The position numbers and the translations under genes were made by a program. A stretch of 64,000 nucleotides of DNA from contig OZ287756.1 in assembly GCA_965649765.1 (NCBI GenBank), positions 29,388,001 through 29,452,000 on the forward strand, in the 5' to 3' direction. Position 1 is the stretch's first letter, and every line of letters starts with the position of its first letter. Below are positions 50,287 through 63,139 of the stretch, piece after piece. The stretch comes from Bispira polyomma. Lineage: Eukaryota. The notes below the pieces were generated by a model. It was not told the DNA's origin, searched no databases, and saw nothing but the letters and a program-made list of their open reading frames with translations.

Positions 50287-53200
50287 ATGTGTTTGAAGCA
50301 TACTGCAGCAGAATCAGACCTCCTGAAGGGGTTCGCAGTACGATTAGCTAGAGATGAGGACTATGCTATTATCATGAACATTGTACCCGATTTGTATGGG
50401 GTATGTAAATATTATTATGCTGGTTCAAACGGTGAAATAAAAAGGTAATAACCCTTTTGACCCCAAGAAAATACTGTCACCAGAAACTAAAAGATAATTT
50501 TTGGTAATAGGTTACAGATAGCTGGAATCACCAAAATACACACCACATACTACTTCCTGCATTCCATAATGACCTCGTGTATAATTTCTTAAACAAAGAA
50601 GTCTTTTATACTATTGCGAGCAACTGAAGGAAAATGAAATACTCTTGTTGGGGTTCTGGGAGTAACAAATGCTGTTGACTTCTTCTTGTGAATAGTCTCC
50701 AGTGAAACAGAAACTGTTGCATTTTAAATTGAGGAATTTCTTTTCATCTCTTTTCTAGGGCCGTGACTATCTACCAAAGTACTACCATGCCATGATCAGG
50801 CATCCAAACAGAATTCCATTGCTGTTCTACATAGATAAAGAAGTCGTGAGTTGATTCTCTAAAATTACCTTTTATTATATATATATTTTCATTGAGTATT
50901 TGCAGAGTTGATAAAATAATAGCTACAATTTTGGTGTTAAGATTACAAACATATACTAGAAGAATGAAAACATTTTTATTTCAAGTTAATAAATTATGTT
51001 AATTTTTAGCAGAAGTTTTGAGGCTCGCTATTAAAGCCACTGTGCCTACTGTTGCGCTTAGCATCAAAAAGGTGCGTTAAAAAATCCAAAAATCCAATAC
51101 AATGTACAATACAATACAATACAATACAATGTAACTGATATTATGTTATTCAAAGCATACTTTGCAGGGTGATGCACAGAACAACTTTTTAATTTGCTTC
51201 TTGTATAATGTGCAGTACATATTGATGTCGGGATGGTGATCCTATTACACAGCCAATTGGTCCCCATCAGTAGGCAATGGCAGTTGCCCCTTTTGCCCAA
51301 AGAAACTATCCCCAAAAGACAATGATGGTGTCACCAGGAGTCATACTGGGGACCTTCTGATCACCACAACTTCTTAGCATTAAGTAAAAAACCAGGGACC
51401 CTCTGATAAACCAGACCAACCCCCGAAGCGAGAGTCGTACTGGGGAATGTCTAATCACCAAACCATTCCTGTGTGACTCTTGTTTGGGCAGCTGTTTTGT
51501 TGATTGGAAGGCCCCCAAGTTCATTGGGATCTCATTCTATTGATGATGACCAAGGCTATGTTATAAGCTTATCCCTTGTGGTGGTGAATAGTGTGCCTTA
51601 GAGGATGATATTTTAATATGGTGTTGTATAAAGGCTCAATAATAATTATATATAGATGCAGTTGGGTGGGGGAAGGGGGGGTTGTTTTGGTGATCTAAAG
51701 GTCCCTTAGTTCATTGGGATATAATACATGGGCAAGATGTGAACATGCCAATAATTGCCTACTGATTACGACCAAGATTATGCTGTAGGAGAAAAGTGTA
51801 CCTTAGATGTTGATGTATAAATATGGTGTTGTATAAAGCCTCAATAATGTTTCGATCATTACAGCTTGGTTTCGGGATATTTCTCATCATTAATGATGGC
51901 AGGACAGTATTACGCCAGGCAGGAAGAGTTGTTGAAAAGTACAGAGGCCGAGGTTTCAGTGCTCTAGTATTTAAACATGGTTAGTAGAGGGGGCCATTTT
52001 GAAACCAGGGCCATTTCAAAATTGCACCTCAGAGCCATTTCAGAATCAATATTGGTGTACATGTGTTAAGGTTTACATATACATTCATTGATTAAATTTA
52101 ACTTTAAACAGGAGAAAGTTTATCTCCTTGACAGCACTCTTCCAATTTGGGCGAATTATAAAACTATAAACGTAAAAACTAAACTAAAATTATAAACTTG
52201 AATTCTCATTAAAAATTTGACAAATTGCATCCATTTATAAGGCATCCATTTTGTTAGACAATTACTGAACAATGTGAATTATAATTTGTGATAAATTGTA
52301 AAGACAACTACAGTGTAGTATAGTTTTATATTAGCATAGTGTTGAATTGGCACTTCCTAGAAAGGGTGCCATTTTGAAATTGCCCTTATTATTAAAACCT
52401 CAGTATAGTGCATCAAGAAAGTATAATACTGGAGAACCATCTTCTATTTGGTTTTAAGTTGAACATGACGACGTTTGTCATTTGTCCTTAACTCAAATAT
52501 CTATCTCTAAGGTAGTTAGTAACATACTAGCTTGGGAACACTGAATACCTGGGTTTAATTCCAGCCTTGGAGGACTAGTTACAGCCAGATACAAAGTTGC
52601 CTGGATGACCACTTAAATTGGCAGTCCTTTGTCATTGGGTCCTATCTCCAATGGTAGGCTAAAGAACCTTGGGGTGTTTGACATATAGTCATCTTCAAGC
52701 CTATTACTTCAGTTCGTGGGGAATGACAGTAACTAGTGATGATTGGTTGTACTTAAACAGTCAAAGAAAAGGTTTATTAGTGCTTTGAAAACCAGCTAAT
52801 GATAAATAAATGCACTAGATTCAAGTAATTGCATGAAATTAATCGCAAGAGACAAAGTCACATAGAGAGAACTGTGAGTTTTATGTGAGTTTTCTCACAT
52901 ACAACTGTCACAAGGAATTAAAGCAATGCACTAATTCCATGCGACAAGATCAATGAAAAATGCTGACTGAGGTACAAAAAATCAATTTATAACATATTGG
53001 TTGCATGAAACTACAAGTAGTTGGCTCTATCTGTTACATAAAAATTTTGTCTCCTACCAATGATTTTATGTAATAAGTTGCTTCTTGGTAATTAGGCTTC
53101 AAGTATATTGACCTAAAATAATCTATGGTATATATATATATATGGCACAAAAAATATAATATTAATGTATATTCATTTTCTTTTTTGCTGGAATGCAGTT

Positions 53201-56200
53201 TGTTAGTACAGTAGAAACTCTATTATCCAAACTTCCATTTTCCGAATATTTGATTTTATAAACACAGTTTTACTCGCCCAAATTTTTATTTTCCCACTGA
53301 TATATGTTAAATTTCATTTCTATTTTATGAACATTCCATTATCAGAACAAAATCATACTCCCCCCAAATGTTTGGATACTAGACACTATATGACATCAAC
53401 AACACCCCCATAAAGAAAGCGTTTAAGGGCTTTGTGCCCAAGTTTTGCTAAAATATGATCAACCTTTTCCTTCTAGTAGTAATAATATACTATCTTGTAA
53501 TGCCTCATTTCATCTTATTTGTGTAATAATTAGTTCAAAAAGGACTATTTTTCTGTTAATATTTAAATTTTGTTTTAGTAGTAGACTTACCTTCAATTTT
53601 TATTGTAAAAGAAAAAAAACCTAACTAAGACTACTGAAGGTCCAGAGTAAGTTTGATATTAAATCTATTTTGTTTCTTCAAATTTTTAGCACATGAAAAT
53701 TAATGAGCAAGCACATCTCTATGTATTTATGAATGTTATGTCAACTTTTAGCATTAGATTTTGTGTGGAAGCGTTATCCCAGAGTGGCCGAATTACAAAC
53801 AGTCTTGACAGGTGACAATATTTTCAAAAGCCTTGTGACAAAGGATAAGACAGTACAGAGGCATTCATACAGGGTTAGTGTATATGCACCATATGTGGTA
53901 TGTTCAGTTAGTTTGAAAGTTTGATGCATCAGTAGACTGTGATAAATATAATGATGTGATTCAATCATGTATATTGTACTCTATTTGTATGGACCTAAAA
54001 GCACATTGTCGCCAAGGAAAAATTTAAACACTTGGATATCAAAATTAGAGATTCAAGTTCAAATTGAACACAGCATATGCAAACTCTGTGACAAACATAT
54101 CGAGGACATGTTTAAAGTAAATATCCTGTTTTTGATGTTGTGAGTGATCCAGAAAAGTTACAAAATGCTGATGCGAAAAGAATATATAACTTATTTTTGT
54201 AATTATTTGGTAACTATATATGATAAACGTTAATCTCTAATTTTTAAATAGCCTTGGAGTATTGTATACATACCATATAAACCCTTTTGCACCACATGTT
54301 GCTGTTTTATACTTTTATGTATTATTATTGTATTTGCATAAGGCTGAAAGGGTTAACCGTAGTAGTCGAATAATAGGTTACGAGAATGCTAACCGGTTCG
54401 TCATCCCAAAAAACAGTTAACCGCGAAATATCAATTTCGGCTATAATATAAACTAATTCACTTCAGCAAAACAATAACTTTGGTCTAATTCTCACACTCA
54501 ACATACGTTTTTCTTCTAATTAACAATATTCCCCCAGACATTTGCCTTAATTTTTCGATAGATTTTGTTTACATCAGCTGCCATTTTGTTAGACTGGTTT
54601 CTGAGATTGATGCATAAGTAAAAAAGTGAGAACCAATTAGGAATCACGTGACATTAGGTGTACCGGAAATATATTTTGTAAGACTGGTTTCGGAGATTGA
54701 TGCATAGGTAAAAAAGTGAGAACCAATTTGGAATCACGTGACAATAGGTGTACCGGAAATATGAAAATGAAGTTATAATGCTGATTAAATCATTGTTGTG
54801 TTGTTCTATACATATTAATGGTGGAAATATATAGAAATAGTATTACTACTTTAAAATATGTCTGTATATTATTAACTTCTCGGTTAACTGGCTACTCGGC
54901 GGTTACCTCAAACGAACGAACTGAATCGTTTCAGCCTTATATTTGTATATATTCATATGTATCACTTCTGTATATACTGTTGTTTATACTATATATATGT
55001 TTATATATGTAATTTGTATCTCATGTACTAGAAGTAAAAAAGGGCCTCCTAAGCCCATGTATGCTGGCCTGGCTGCTATGTTTATTCTCCGTCAAACTGT
55101 ATATGATAAATTTGAGTGCAGGTGGTACTATAATAAAATAATCAGGGGCATAGCTACCATTAATGCCAGTACGCCGAGGCGTACCAATTTAACAAGAAAG
55201 AAAAAAATACAAAAGATAAAAAAAAATTTGAAAAAAAAATTAAAGTAAATTTCTTTTCATTCTGTTTGTTTTATTAGTAACATAGATTATTGTTGTTAAA
55301 TAAAATCTTATTTGGCACTCCCCAATTATACCACAATATTATGTTAATGCCCCCCCCCCTCCCCCCCACCCCCACAAATTGAATTTTTGGTAGGACAAAA
55401 AAGAACCTAATATATTGGTTTAATTTGGGAGCACCAGATGAAAAATGCTGGCTACTCCCTTGACAATCTCTCTCTCTCTCTCAAGCTTAACACTAACACT
55501 AAGGTCTCACCACCTCTGGGGACAGTTTGAATTTGAATTTGGACATTTAACGTCCAATCTAGTACCTTCAGTTCAGTTACATTGGGACGGATAGTTGGAG
55601 TGCTGGAGAAAAGATTACATACAGTTGATCAAGGCTCTGCAATAAAACCAGCGGCTTACAGTAAGGAACTACCACCTTTCCCACATAGACATCGACGGAA
55701 GGCGAACTTGCGACCATTCGATCTCCGGAGGTGAGAGACCAGTGATTGTGAAGCGCAATGCTTGCTAACTACTAGGCCACCGCGGCCCCACCTCTGGGGA
55801 GAGAGGAGGTATATTAAATCTGACTTCAAAGGTGAATTTAGTGCAGTAACTTTAGTCTGAAAGTTTAAGCCAGAGTTTGTTTAAGGAATACGGGCCCTGG
55901 CGTTTATGTCGGAAAAGTAGTAGTAGCTCTGCTAAAGGCTAGTGGTTTGTGGAGCAGATAAAACCTTGACCGTCTACCCTGCTCTGATTTCCACCACCAG
56001 TGAACTGCCCGTCGTGATATGACACAAGACGTGTTAAAAGCGGTGTTAAAACCCAAAACTAAAACTTTATTAGTGGTGGTAACACTCACCTGTCACCTGT
56101 GCAGTTGTGGGTTCTCGGTTCCAGCATGTATGTGAGAAACTAAGCAGTACACTTGCTAAAGGATGGTGATTTACAATACAGCAATCTTAACTTACTAACC

Positions 56201-57164
56201 TCTACTAGTTTTTTGCAACAGTAAAATGACTGTCCTGATATAATATAATACAAAGGTGTTGAAAGCAGTGTTAAACATTAACTAAAAACCCCTAAAATGT
56301 AAATACAGTATAACATCCAAACTTCTATTTCGTGAAGATTTTAACGTATGAACGCTTTCCACTTTTCCAAAGTTAAGTTTTCCTATTGTTTTATACAGAA
56401 GTGCCTCTTGTATTTGATGTTAGCCTCCATTATCTGAACAAAATCTTGCTGTATGTAAATTGTTCAGAATAAATAGTGGTTCTACTGTATCTTTTAACTT
56501 GTGAATTTTTAAACACTTCTTTTTTGTGCAGATTTTGACCAGGGTAAGAATTGAAGAGTTTGGCTCCATGTCAATTGCTATCCCTGGATTGAGGAATGAC
56601 ACAGAACGTGCACAGATGGATGAAGCCACCAGAATATTAACCCCATCTGAGGCAATGGATACATTGTGTACTCTAGAAGACGTCCATGCTATCAGAGGGG
56701 AATACCTTTGGCTCGTCAATGGGGAATTATTTGCACATTGTGACAGCGATTACAGGATTCTAACACAGTCCAATGTAATCCCAGCAGTTGTGGCCGTGAC
56801 ACACGATGACCCATGTGGTAACAAGATCAATGCTCTGAGTTTTACCGCCAAGACTAAACTCCGTGAAGGTCTTCTCTTCAGGGTGGACTTTTACTGTGCT
56901 GAACAGCACAGAACAAGCAGCATGGGCCGACGACTGTTAAAATACCATATTCTGAAGCATCTGGCGTTGTTTGTACAAGTAAATTACAAGGGTTTATTGT
57001 ATATTGATGTTGTTCTACCGAAAGAGATGATGACACCAGGTCTGACAGGTACGTGGCTGTCTGAACTTCTGCCTAATCAACAGCATAGTCTTCTTGAGAA
57101 GGAAATGAAAGTCTATTTTGTAGAATTTAATGTGGAACAGTTTAGGAATACCGCAAAACTTTGA
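50287..57164 (+). CDS. NAT16/histidine N-acetyltransferase-like GNAT, about 356 aa; exons 50287-50400, 50759-50845, 51865-51979, 53752(or 53758)-53873, 56532-57164
   Basis: GT-AG introns with compatible phases (0,0,1,0); spliced product has VRLARDEDY..I...LYGGRDYLPKYY...HPNR...INDGRTVLRQAGRVVEKYRGRG (acetyl-CoA motif). Confidence 0.85.
51140..51850. mobile_element. Cluster of diverged SINEs (family C) in intron 2
   Basis: GGTGATC..AAGGTCCC heads, TGGGCAA core motif and GTGCCTTAGA...TATAAAG.CTCAATAAT tails; (TACAA)n at about 51098-51129. Confidence 0.55.
52510..52820 (+). mobile_element. SINE family D
   Basis: GGATGACCACTTAAA..GTCC...TAAAGAACC and GTGGGGAATGACAGT.ACT; homologs at about 58312-58500 and 59860-60300. 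Confidence 0.6.
54339..54939. mobile_element. hAT-type MITE with 8-bp TSD
   Basis: TAAGGCTGAAA ... TTTCAGCCTTA; flanks TATTTGCA and TATTTGTA; internal 90-bp tandem duplication at 54583-54762. Confidence 0.8.
55523..55787 (-). mobile_element. SINE family A with 13-bp TSD
   Basis: CCACCTCTGGGGA at 55510-55522 and 55788-55800. Confidence 0.9.
55905..56288 (+). mobile_element. Two tandem SINE family B copies
   Basis: Both end in AAAGC.GTGTTAAA...ACTAAA and share GCTAAAGG.T.GTG.TTT. Confidence 0.6.
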
Positions 57165-59877
57165 GGCAATTGTCGAGACAGGCGTACTTTTTTAAAGTTT
57201 TAGTGATATATTGGAAATGTATAAATGGTATCGAATATAAATAGAATCAACAGGTAGTTATTTGCCTGTGATTTCAATTTTGATGTAATATTTTTTTAAA
57301 ATATAGTACAGTAATATAACTAATAGTGGACACCTGTATAGTGAACAGCTCTCTATAATGAACATTTTTTTGTAGTGAACACTGTAGCTAGGTCCCGCTA
57401 GTGTTCATGATTAATTTCTATTTATTTTTTTACAGCAGGTACATGACCCCACATAAAATAGTTAAAACACCTAAAAAAAGATTTACAGACTTTTAATATA
57501 CAAACAAGTAATACAGTACATATTTTTATTAATAAAGTTATGGTGATTTGCTGCAGTGTCGACATATCATGTTGTCATTAAGACAACTGTTACTTGATAT
57601 TTGTTGTTATACTGTGTATACTGATAAAGGAAAAGATACAACCTTCATTGGTTTTCTTTTAAATGAAGAAAAACCTGTTTGTTGCCATAGCCATAGAGAA
57701 CTAAGAGGTAAAGTAACCTCATGACAAACCCACACACCAAATCTGGTGATAATATATTATTGTCTTTTAATTGGACTGAAACTCCAAATATTTTTGTTAC
57801 CATGGATATTGTTTACATCCAGTACTTATTTGCACCTAAACGTCTCCCTTTACTTATTGAGTTTAGTTGTTTGGTTAAGGTTTGCCTTAAATACTGCCAA
57901 ATGTAAAATACCCGAACTGTACTAAGTAGAGCGCATACCTCAACCAAGGTACCACAGATTGGAATTGAAATATTCTTTCTCAGCTCATTTCTCAACTCTA
58001 CCAAATTTCATGTGAATCAGATTATGACAGCCATCTTAATACTCAAAGTTTTCATAACTTTAGAAAGGAATATGGTTTATCCACCAAATGTTGACTACTT
58101 TGCATCCATTGTCACATTGTCAATTGGCTGTGCACAGGAATCAACCATTGAAGTCTTACCAGGAAGTCAAACCTTCAGTTGGTGGTGGTGGTGGTGGGGG
58201 GATAGGGTAGGGGTCAAAGCAGGGACCTTCTGATCACAAGACAAACTACCTGACCACTAGGCTACAGAAAGCCACATTTCTTTTTGATATTCTAAATGTT
58301 TGTTGCTATCACTGTGACCTAGTGGGTAACACATTCATGTAGGAATGTAGAGGACCTCAGTTCCATCCCCACCAGGCATATACATAGTGGTTCGGATAAC
58401 CACTTAAAGTGGTGGGCCTATGTCATTGGTTCTTATCACCTGTGGCAGGCAACATAACCTAGTGAATTGGTACTTTGAATACCAGATGGAAATAGATAAA
58501 TGAGCTGGAGCCGTATTCTTAAACAATCTCAAGCTGAACTAAGATTCCAGTTCAAATCTGAAGTCCCCATATCTCTGGCTAGAGTGAAGTTAAAGTAAAA
58601 TATCACTGCATATTTAAATTTAGCGCTGAACTAGCTAATAAAATGAATTATCACAAGTATAGGTTTGAGTTTGAGCTTGAGTTTCCTTGGAGAATACAGA
58701 CCATGGGTATCAATACAATCTAAATGTTGTTTAATGAGTTTTACAAGGCACAGCATGGGGTGGTGGGACTACTGTATGCTTGACTGCAAAAATACCAGTT
58801 TGCATAAAGGCAGGTGTACAGCAGATAATGGAAAACTAAGGCAGCATGGAATATTTGTATACCTGTGTTGCGTATATTGAAGAAATTATTTAGCAAAATA
58901 TAACCATTTACTTACAAAAAATACTTTAGAAATCACAATTTTAAATAAAATAGTAAAAAAAAAATCAGCTTTAATATTCAAAACATATGCTTGATTGACC
59001 CTGGAAATCATTTCTTGAATGATTAAAATTTGCAAAAAAATGAGCTATACTGTTATCACTGCTATCACTGTTCCAGATAGAAGACATGTAAGGTGAAGGT
59101 TCTAATAATGATTTACATAGAGCTAGAAGAAAATGTAACCAATTTATAATTTTTAAGATATTCACTAAAATTAATGTTCTCGATCAGCCAAATTTTAGTC
59201 ATAATATTAATGCAATTAATGCACACTCTCTAAAGCTCACAAGCTAGAATAGCTATTAGTTTGCAGTGAAACTGGCTTAATTAACTTTCTTATTTTTAGA
59301 TGTATTTTAACACCCCTTTGTAGATTGATTTCAGAATTATATGGCACCATAAATTATAATCCCAAATACTGCTACATCAACAAAAACAAAATGTAATGTT
59401 TTATTTGTGTTCTGTATACCGTATGTGATCTGTTATAATATGTGTACTGCGTACATGCTAATGCTTCAAAGAATAGAATTGTGTAACCGTATTGTTATGC
59501 CGGAGCCCATGTACATTATCCGAACAATAAACCTCTGGCTAAATATTCAGCAAGTATTGGAGCCCCTCTGTGCCAACCTTCTAGCAGAAAAGAGCAGAAA
59601 TGCAATGTGGCACAACAGGTTATATCACAGTTTTACAAAAAAGCATAATTTCACAACTAAAACTTAGAAGCTCTGACAAATAACCACATGGAAGTTCCAT
59701 TACAAAAAGGTATTATCTGGTGAAAACCAAAGCATTACATTAAAAAGTATAAGCAGCCAGACAAAATGTAAACCACCTGTATATGTACATCTGTACGTAC
59801 AAAGTGCCATACTTTTAAAATTTGTGACCTTTTTGCTATTCTTTTTTTGCATCCAAAACCTTGGATAGCCACTTAAA

Positions 59878-59985
59878 GTCAACGTTTTGGGTTTTACATC
59901 CCGTTCAACAGCCAGGGTCATATTGGGAAAGGCCCACAGCGTTTGTCACTTGTAGGAGGCGAACCCACACAGAGGTGACAGCCTA
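59878..59985 (-). mobile_element. 5'-truncated SINE nested in a family D SINE, 13-bp TSD
   Basis: ATAGCCACTTAAA at 59865-59877 and 59986-59998; tail ATGACCCTGGCTGTTGAACGGGATGTAAAACCC. Confidence 0.8.
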
Positions 59986-61331
59986 ATAGCCACTTAAAAT
60001 ATTGGTCCTCTGTCGTGGGTTCTATCCACAGTTGCAGAGTAAAGAACCTGTCATTCTCCAGCCTGCCTCTTCTGTCAGTGGGGAATGACAGTTACTGGTG
60101 CTGGTTGGCTGTACTGGGGGAGTTAAAAAAGGTTAATTATTGCTTTTAATACAAGATAAATGGAGATAAATATGTTGGGTATAAATCTGAATACAACTAT
60201 TTAATACATAAGTTAAGGGAGTGACAGTTAATGGTGATGGTTGGCTGTATTTGAGCATTCAAGAAAATGTTGATTAGCACTTTGAATACCAGATACATGA
60301 TGTATATAAATTTACAATAATTTTTAATGAAATACATAATACAATTTTATCCCCAGAATTTACTCATTAAATAATGTATCTCAAAATGTACATGGCACAG
60401 AAAAAAATTTAAACAAGATACAGTACAAACTAAAACAATTTTTTACCTTTAGTTTTAGAGTAGGTTATGCATATTTGACATATTGACACATATATGACCT
60501 TCGGTACAAACATATTAAATTAGATGGTATTAATCACCAGAAAATGTATATTTTAGTGTTCAAACATTGGTTACAAACTAAATATTTTCTATCTACAAAA
60601 GGAAATAAAAAGCAAGATGCCTCAAGCAAGAGACTAAAAAATCAACACTACAAATACACATTTCAATAAAAAACGTGCAAATTGGGGAACAGTATTTTTT
60701 TATACAAAATTAAGTTGCCAATATATAATGGATTATCTCAAAATATGTAGCAAGTCCTTATCGAGTTTGTACCTGTTTTTCTACAGTATATTCCAATATT
60801 AATTGGTGTATATGATGAGCCTGTCTCAGCACTAAGAGTATTAACTCTTGAAGTTTCAAGAGTAACACAAACACACAGCACAGTAAATCTGATGATTTAT
60901 TCTTGACTTTTTGTACATGATTTGTGTTATTAATGTATTATATATACTATAATTTCTACAATAAATGCCCCCTTTCCAAAAAGGGGGCTTTTTAAAAAAA
61001 AATAATTTTTTTTTACATATCAGTGTAACATATTTTTAACAAATATCACAGCAATACCTATGAAACAGTTAAACAATCCACAGGATATTTTGATTTTTAA
61101 CAATATGTCAATGTTATGTACGTGCTAGCCTGCCTTATGACACATTTATCTAATACACATTACAATCTTAACGTGCTCAATACAATGAAGTTAATTTGCC
61201 ATAATATAATTTCCCATAATATTGGTTTTTAATGATCTAAAAATATATTTTAAGGGGGGGGGGGGGGGGAGGGGGGCTATCATTACAGATAGATAGCCTT
61301 TTTTTAGTAAATATGGTATTTATATTTCAAA

Positions 61332-63139
61332 TCAGATATATCTCAAAGTAAGCAGGGCACATATAAGAAGCAGGTGAATCATCTCTCCGTGGACCAAGAT
61401 CCCTGAGTTTTCAGATGGGCAGATTTCATCGGAAATGTCATCGTCACCGGGGATCACACTCGGCTTGTCATCGCAGGAGACAAGCATCTGGACAAAGTCT
61501 AAGTAGTCGTAGCTCATCCAGGAAGTGATTAAGGGTCCCGCATCAGATGTCAGACAAGGATGGGTCAGCAAGGGTTCTATAGCCTCAGTACAGCCAGTCA
61601 AGCAGTCCACGCCAGAGCCGTCGCATCGTCTATAGATATCCTCACCATAGGTGACAGAATTTCCCAGGAGGTCGTCGAAATCGCACACTTCGGATATGTC
61701 GGTAAAATTTCCATTTGGGCAGTATCCATAATTGTTGGTCATTGAGCAGGTGGTGGACTCTGAAGTGGGAGAATATGTTATTTGATGGGTTTTTATAATG
61801 TTTACAATAATGACATGTGACATACAAGAAATATCGCCAAACACCAAATTTATATATCACCTAAGGTGCTCATTCTGCACATTGTAGGGATAGTCCTACA
61901 TCATAAACCTGGGTTGTGGGAAATGGCGTGTTCACATCTTGTCCAATAAGGATGTTATCGCACCAATGAACCTAGCAGCATTTGCAAGAGTTGACCCGAG
62001 GTCACCAGACAACCAGGGACCTTGAGATCACCAGACAACTAGGGACCTTCTGATCATCAGACAACCAGGGACCTTGAGATCACCAGACAACCATGGGCCT
62101 TGAGATCACCAGACAACTAGGGACCTTCTGATCACCAGACAACCAGGGACCTTGAGATCACCAGACAACTAGGGACCTTCTGATCACCAGACAACCAGGG
62201 ACCTTCTGATCACCAGACAACCAGGGACTCTCTGATTATCAGACAACCATGGGCCTTGAGATCACCAGACAACCAGAGACCTTCTGATCACCGGACAACA
62301 AGTGACCTTCTGATCACCAGACAACCAGGGACCTTGAGATCACCAGACAACCAGAGACCTTCTGATCACCAGACAACCACGGACCTTGAGATCATCAGAT
62401 AACCAGGGACCTTCTGATCACCAGAAAACCAGGGACCTTCTGATCACCAGACAACAAGTGACCTTCTGATCACCAAACGACCAGGGACCTTCTGATCACC
62501 AGACAACCAGGGACCTTGAGATCACCAGACAACAAGAGACCTTTTGATCACTAGACAACGATGGACCTTGAGATCACCAGACAACCAGGGACCTTGAAAT
62601 CATCAGAGTGACTCCAGTTTGTATGTACATGCAATTGCTTTGGTAGAGAACATGTTAAAATAATTTGTACAGTAGTGATGTCACCTCACTGAAGTAAGTT
62701 TATAATCTATATTTTATATTTAAAGACGACCTTTAAGAGAATATCCATTAAAGTGTCACATTATTTGAGTCTATGTCATATCACGATGGACAGTTTACTG
62801 CAGGTGGAAAAATCAGAGCTTGACATTTGGTCAGAGTTTCTGCTTTGCAAATCACCAGCCTTCAGCAAGTCTACTGTACACGCTGGGACCAAAACTCAAA
62901 GTATGTTACGAATACACCACTAAGACTCCACTCACACATCTTTTAATATTGTAAAAATGATTTGATTTGATCATGGCCACATACCTGTGGCTACGTAGGG
63001 GTAGTAGACAATGATGGCATAGCACATCTCGTCAGCTGTGGCCTCTCCAAAGTAGGTGAAGCCTTCTTTGTTCTTGGAGGTGTACGTACACGTGACGCGC
63101 AACTCATCTCCAGGTTCTATGGCTACATCTTCCTCATAT
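61332..63139 (-). CDS. DBH/MOXD1-like copper type II monooxygenase, last two coding exons (63139-62985 and 61759-61332); 5' exons not identified in the window
   Basis: YEEDVAIEPGDELRVTCTYTSKNKEGFTYFGEATADEMCYAIIVYYP (CuM EMC motif); phase-1 GT-AG intron; Cys-rich last exon with a hydrophobic C-terminus. Confidence 0.85.
62002..62607. repeat. 26-bp minisatellite, about 23 copies, intronic
   Basis: Unit GATCACCAGACAACCAGGGACCTT(CT/GA), with no unique spacers. Confidence 0.95.

Noticed and set aside
60967-60993. GC hairpin followed by a T-run resembling an intrinsic terminator
   Set aside because: The context is eukaryotic non-coding sequence, and the hairpin is short and low in complexity.
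62002-62607. CRISPR-like array
   Set aside because: The units are head-to-tail with no unique spacers, there are no cas genes, and the context is a eukaryotic intron.
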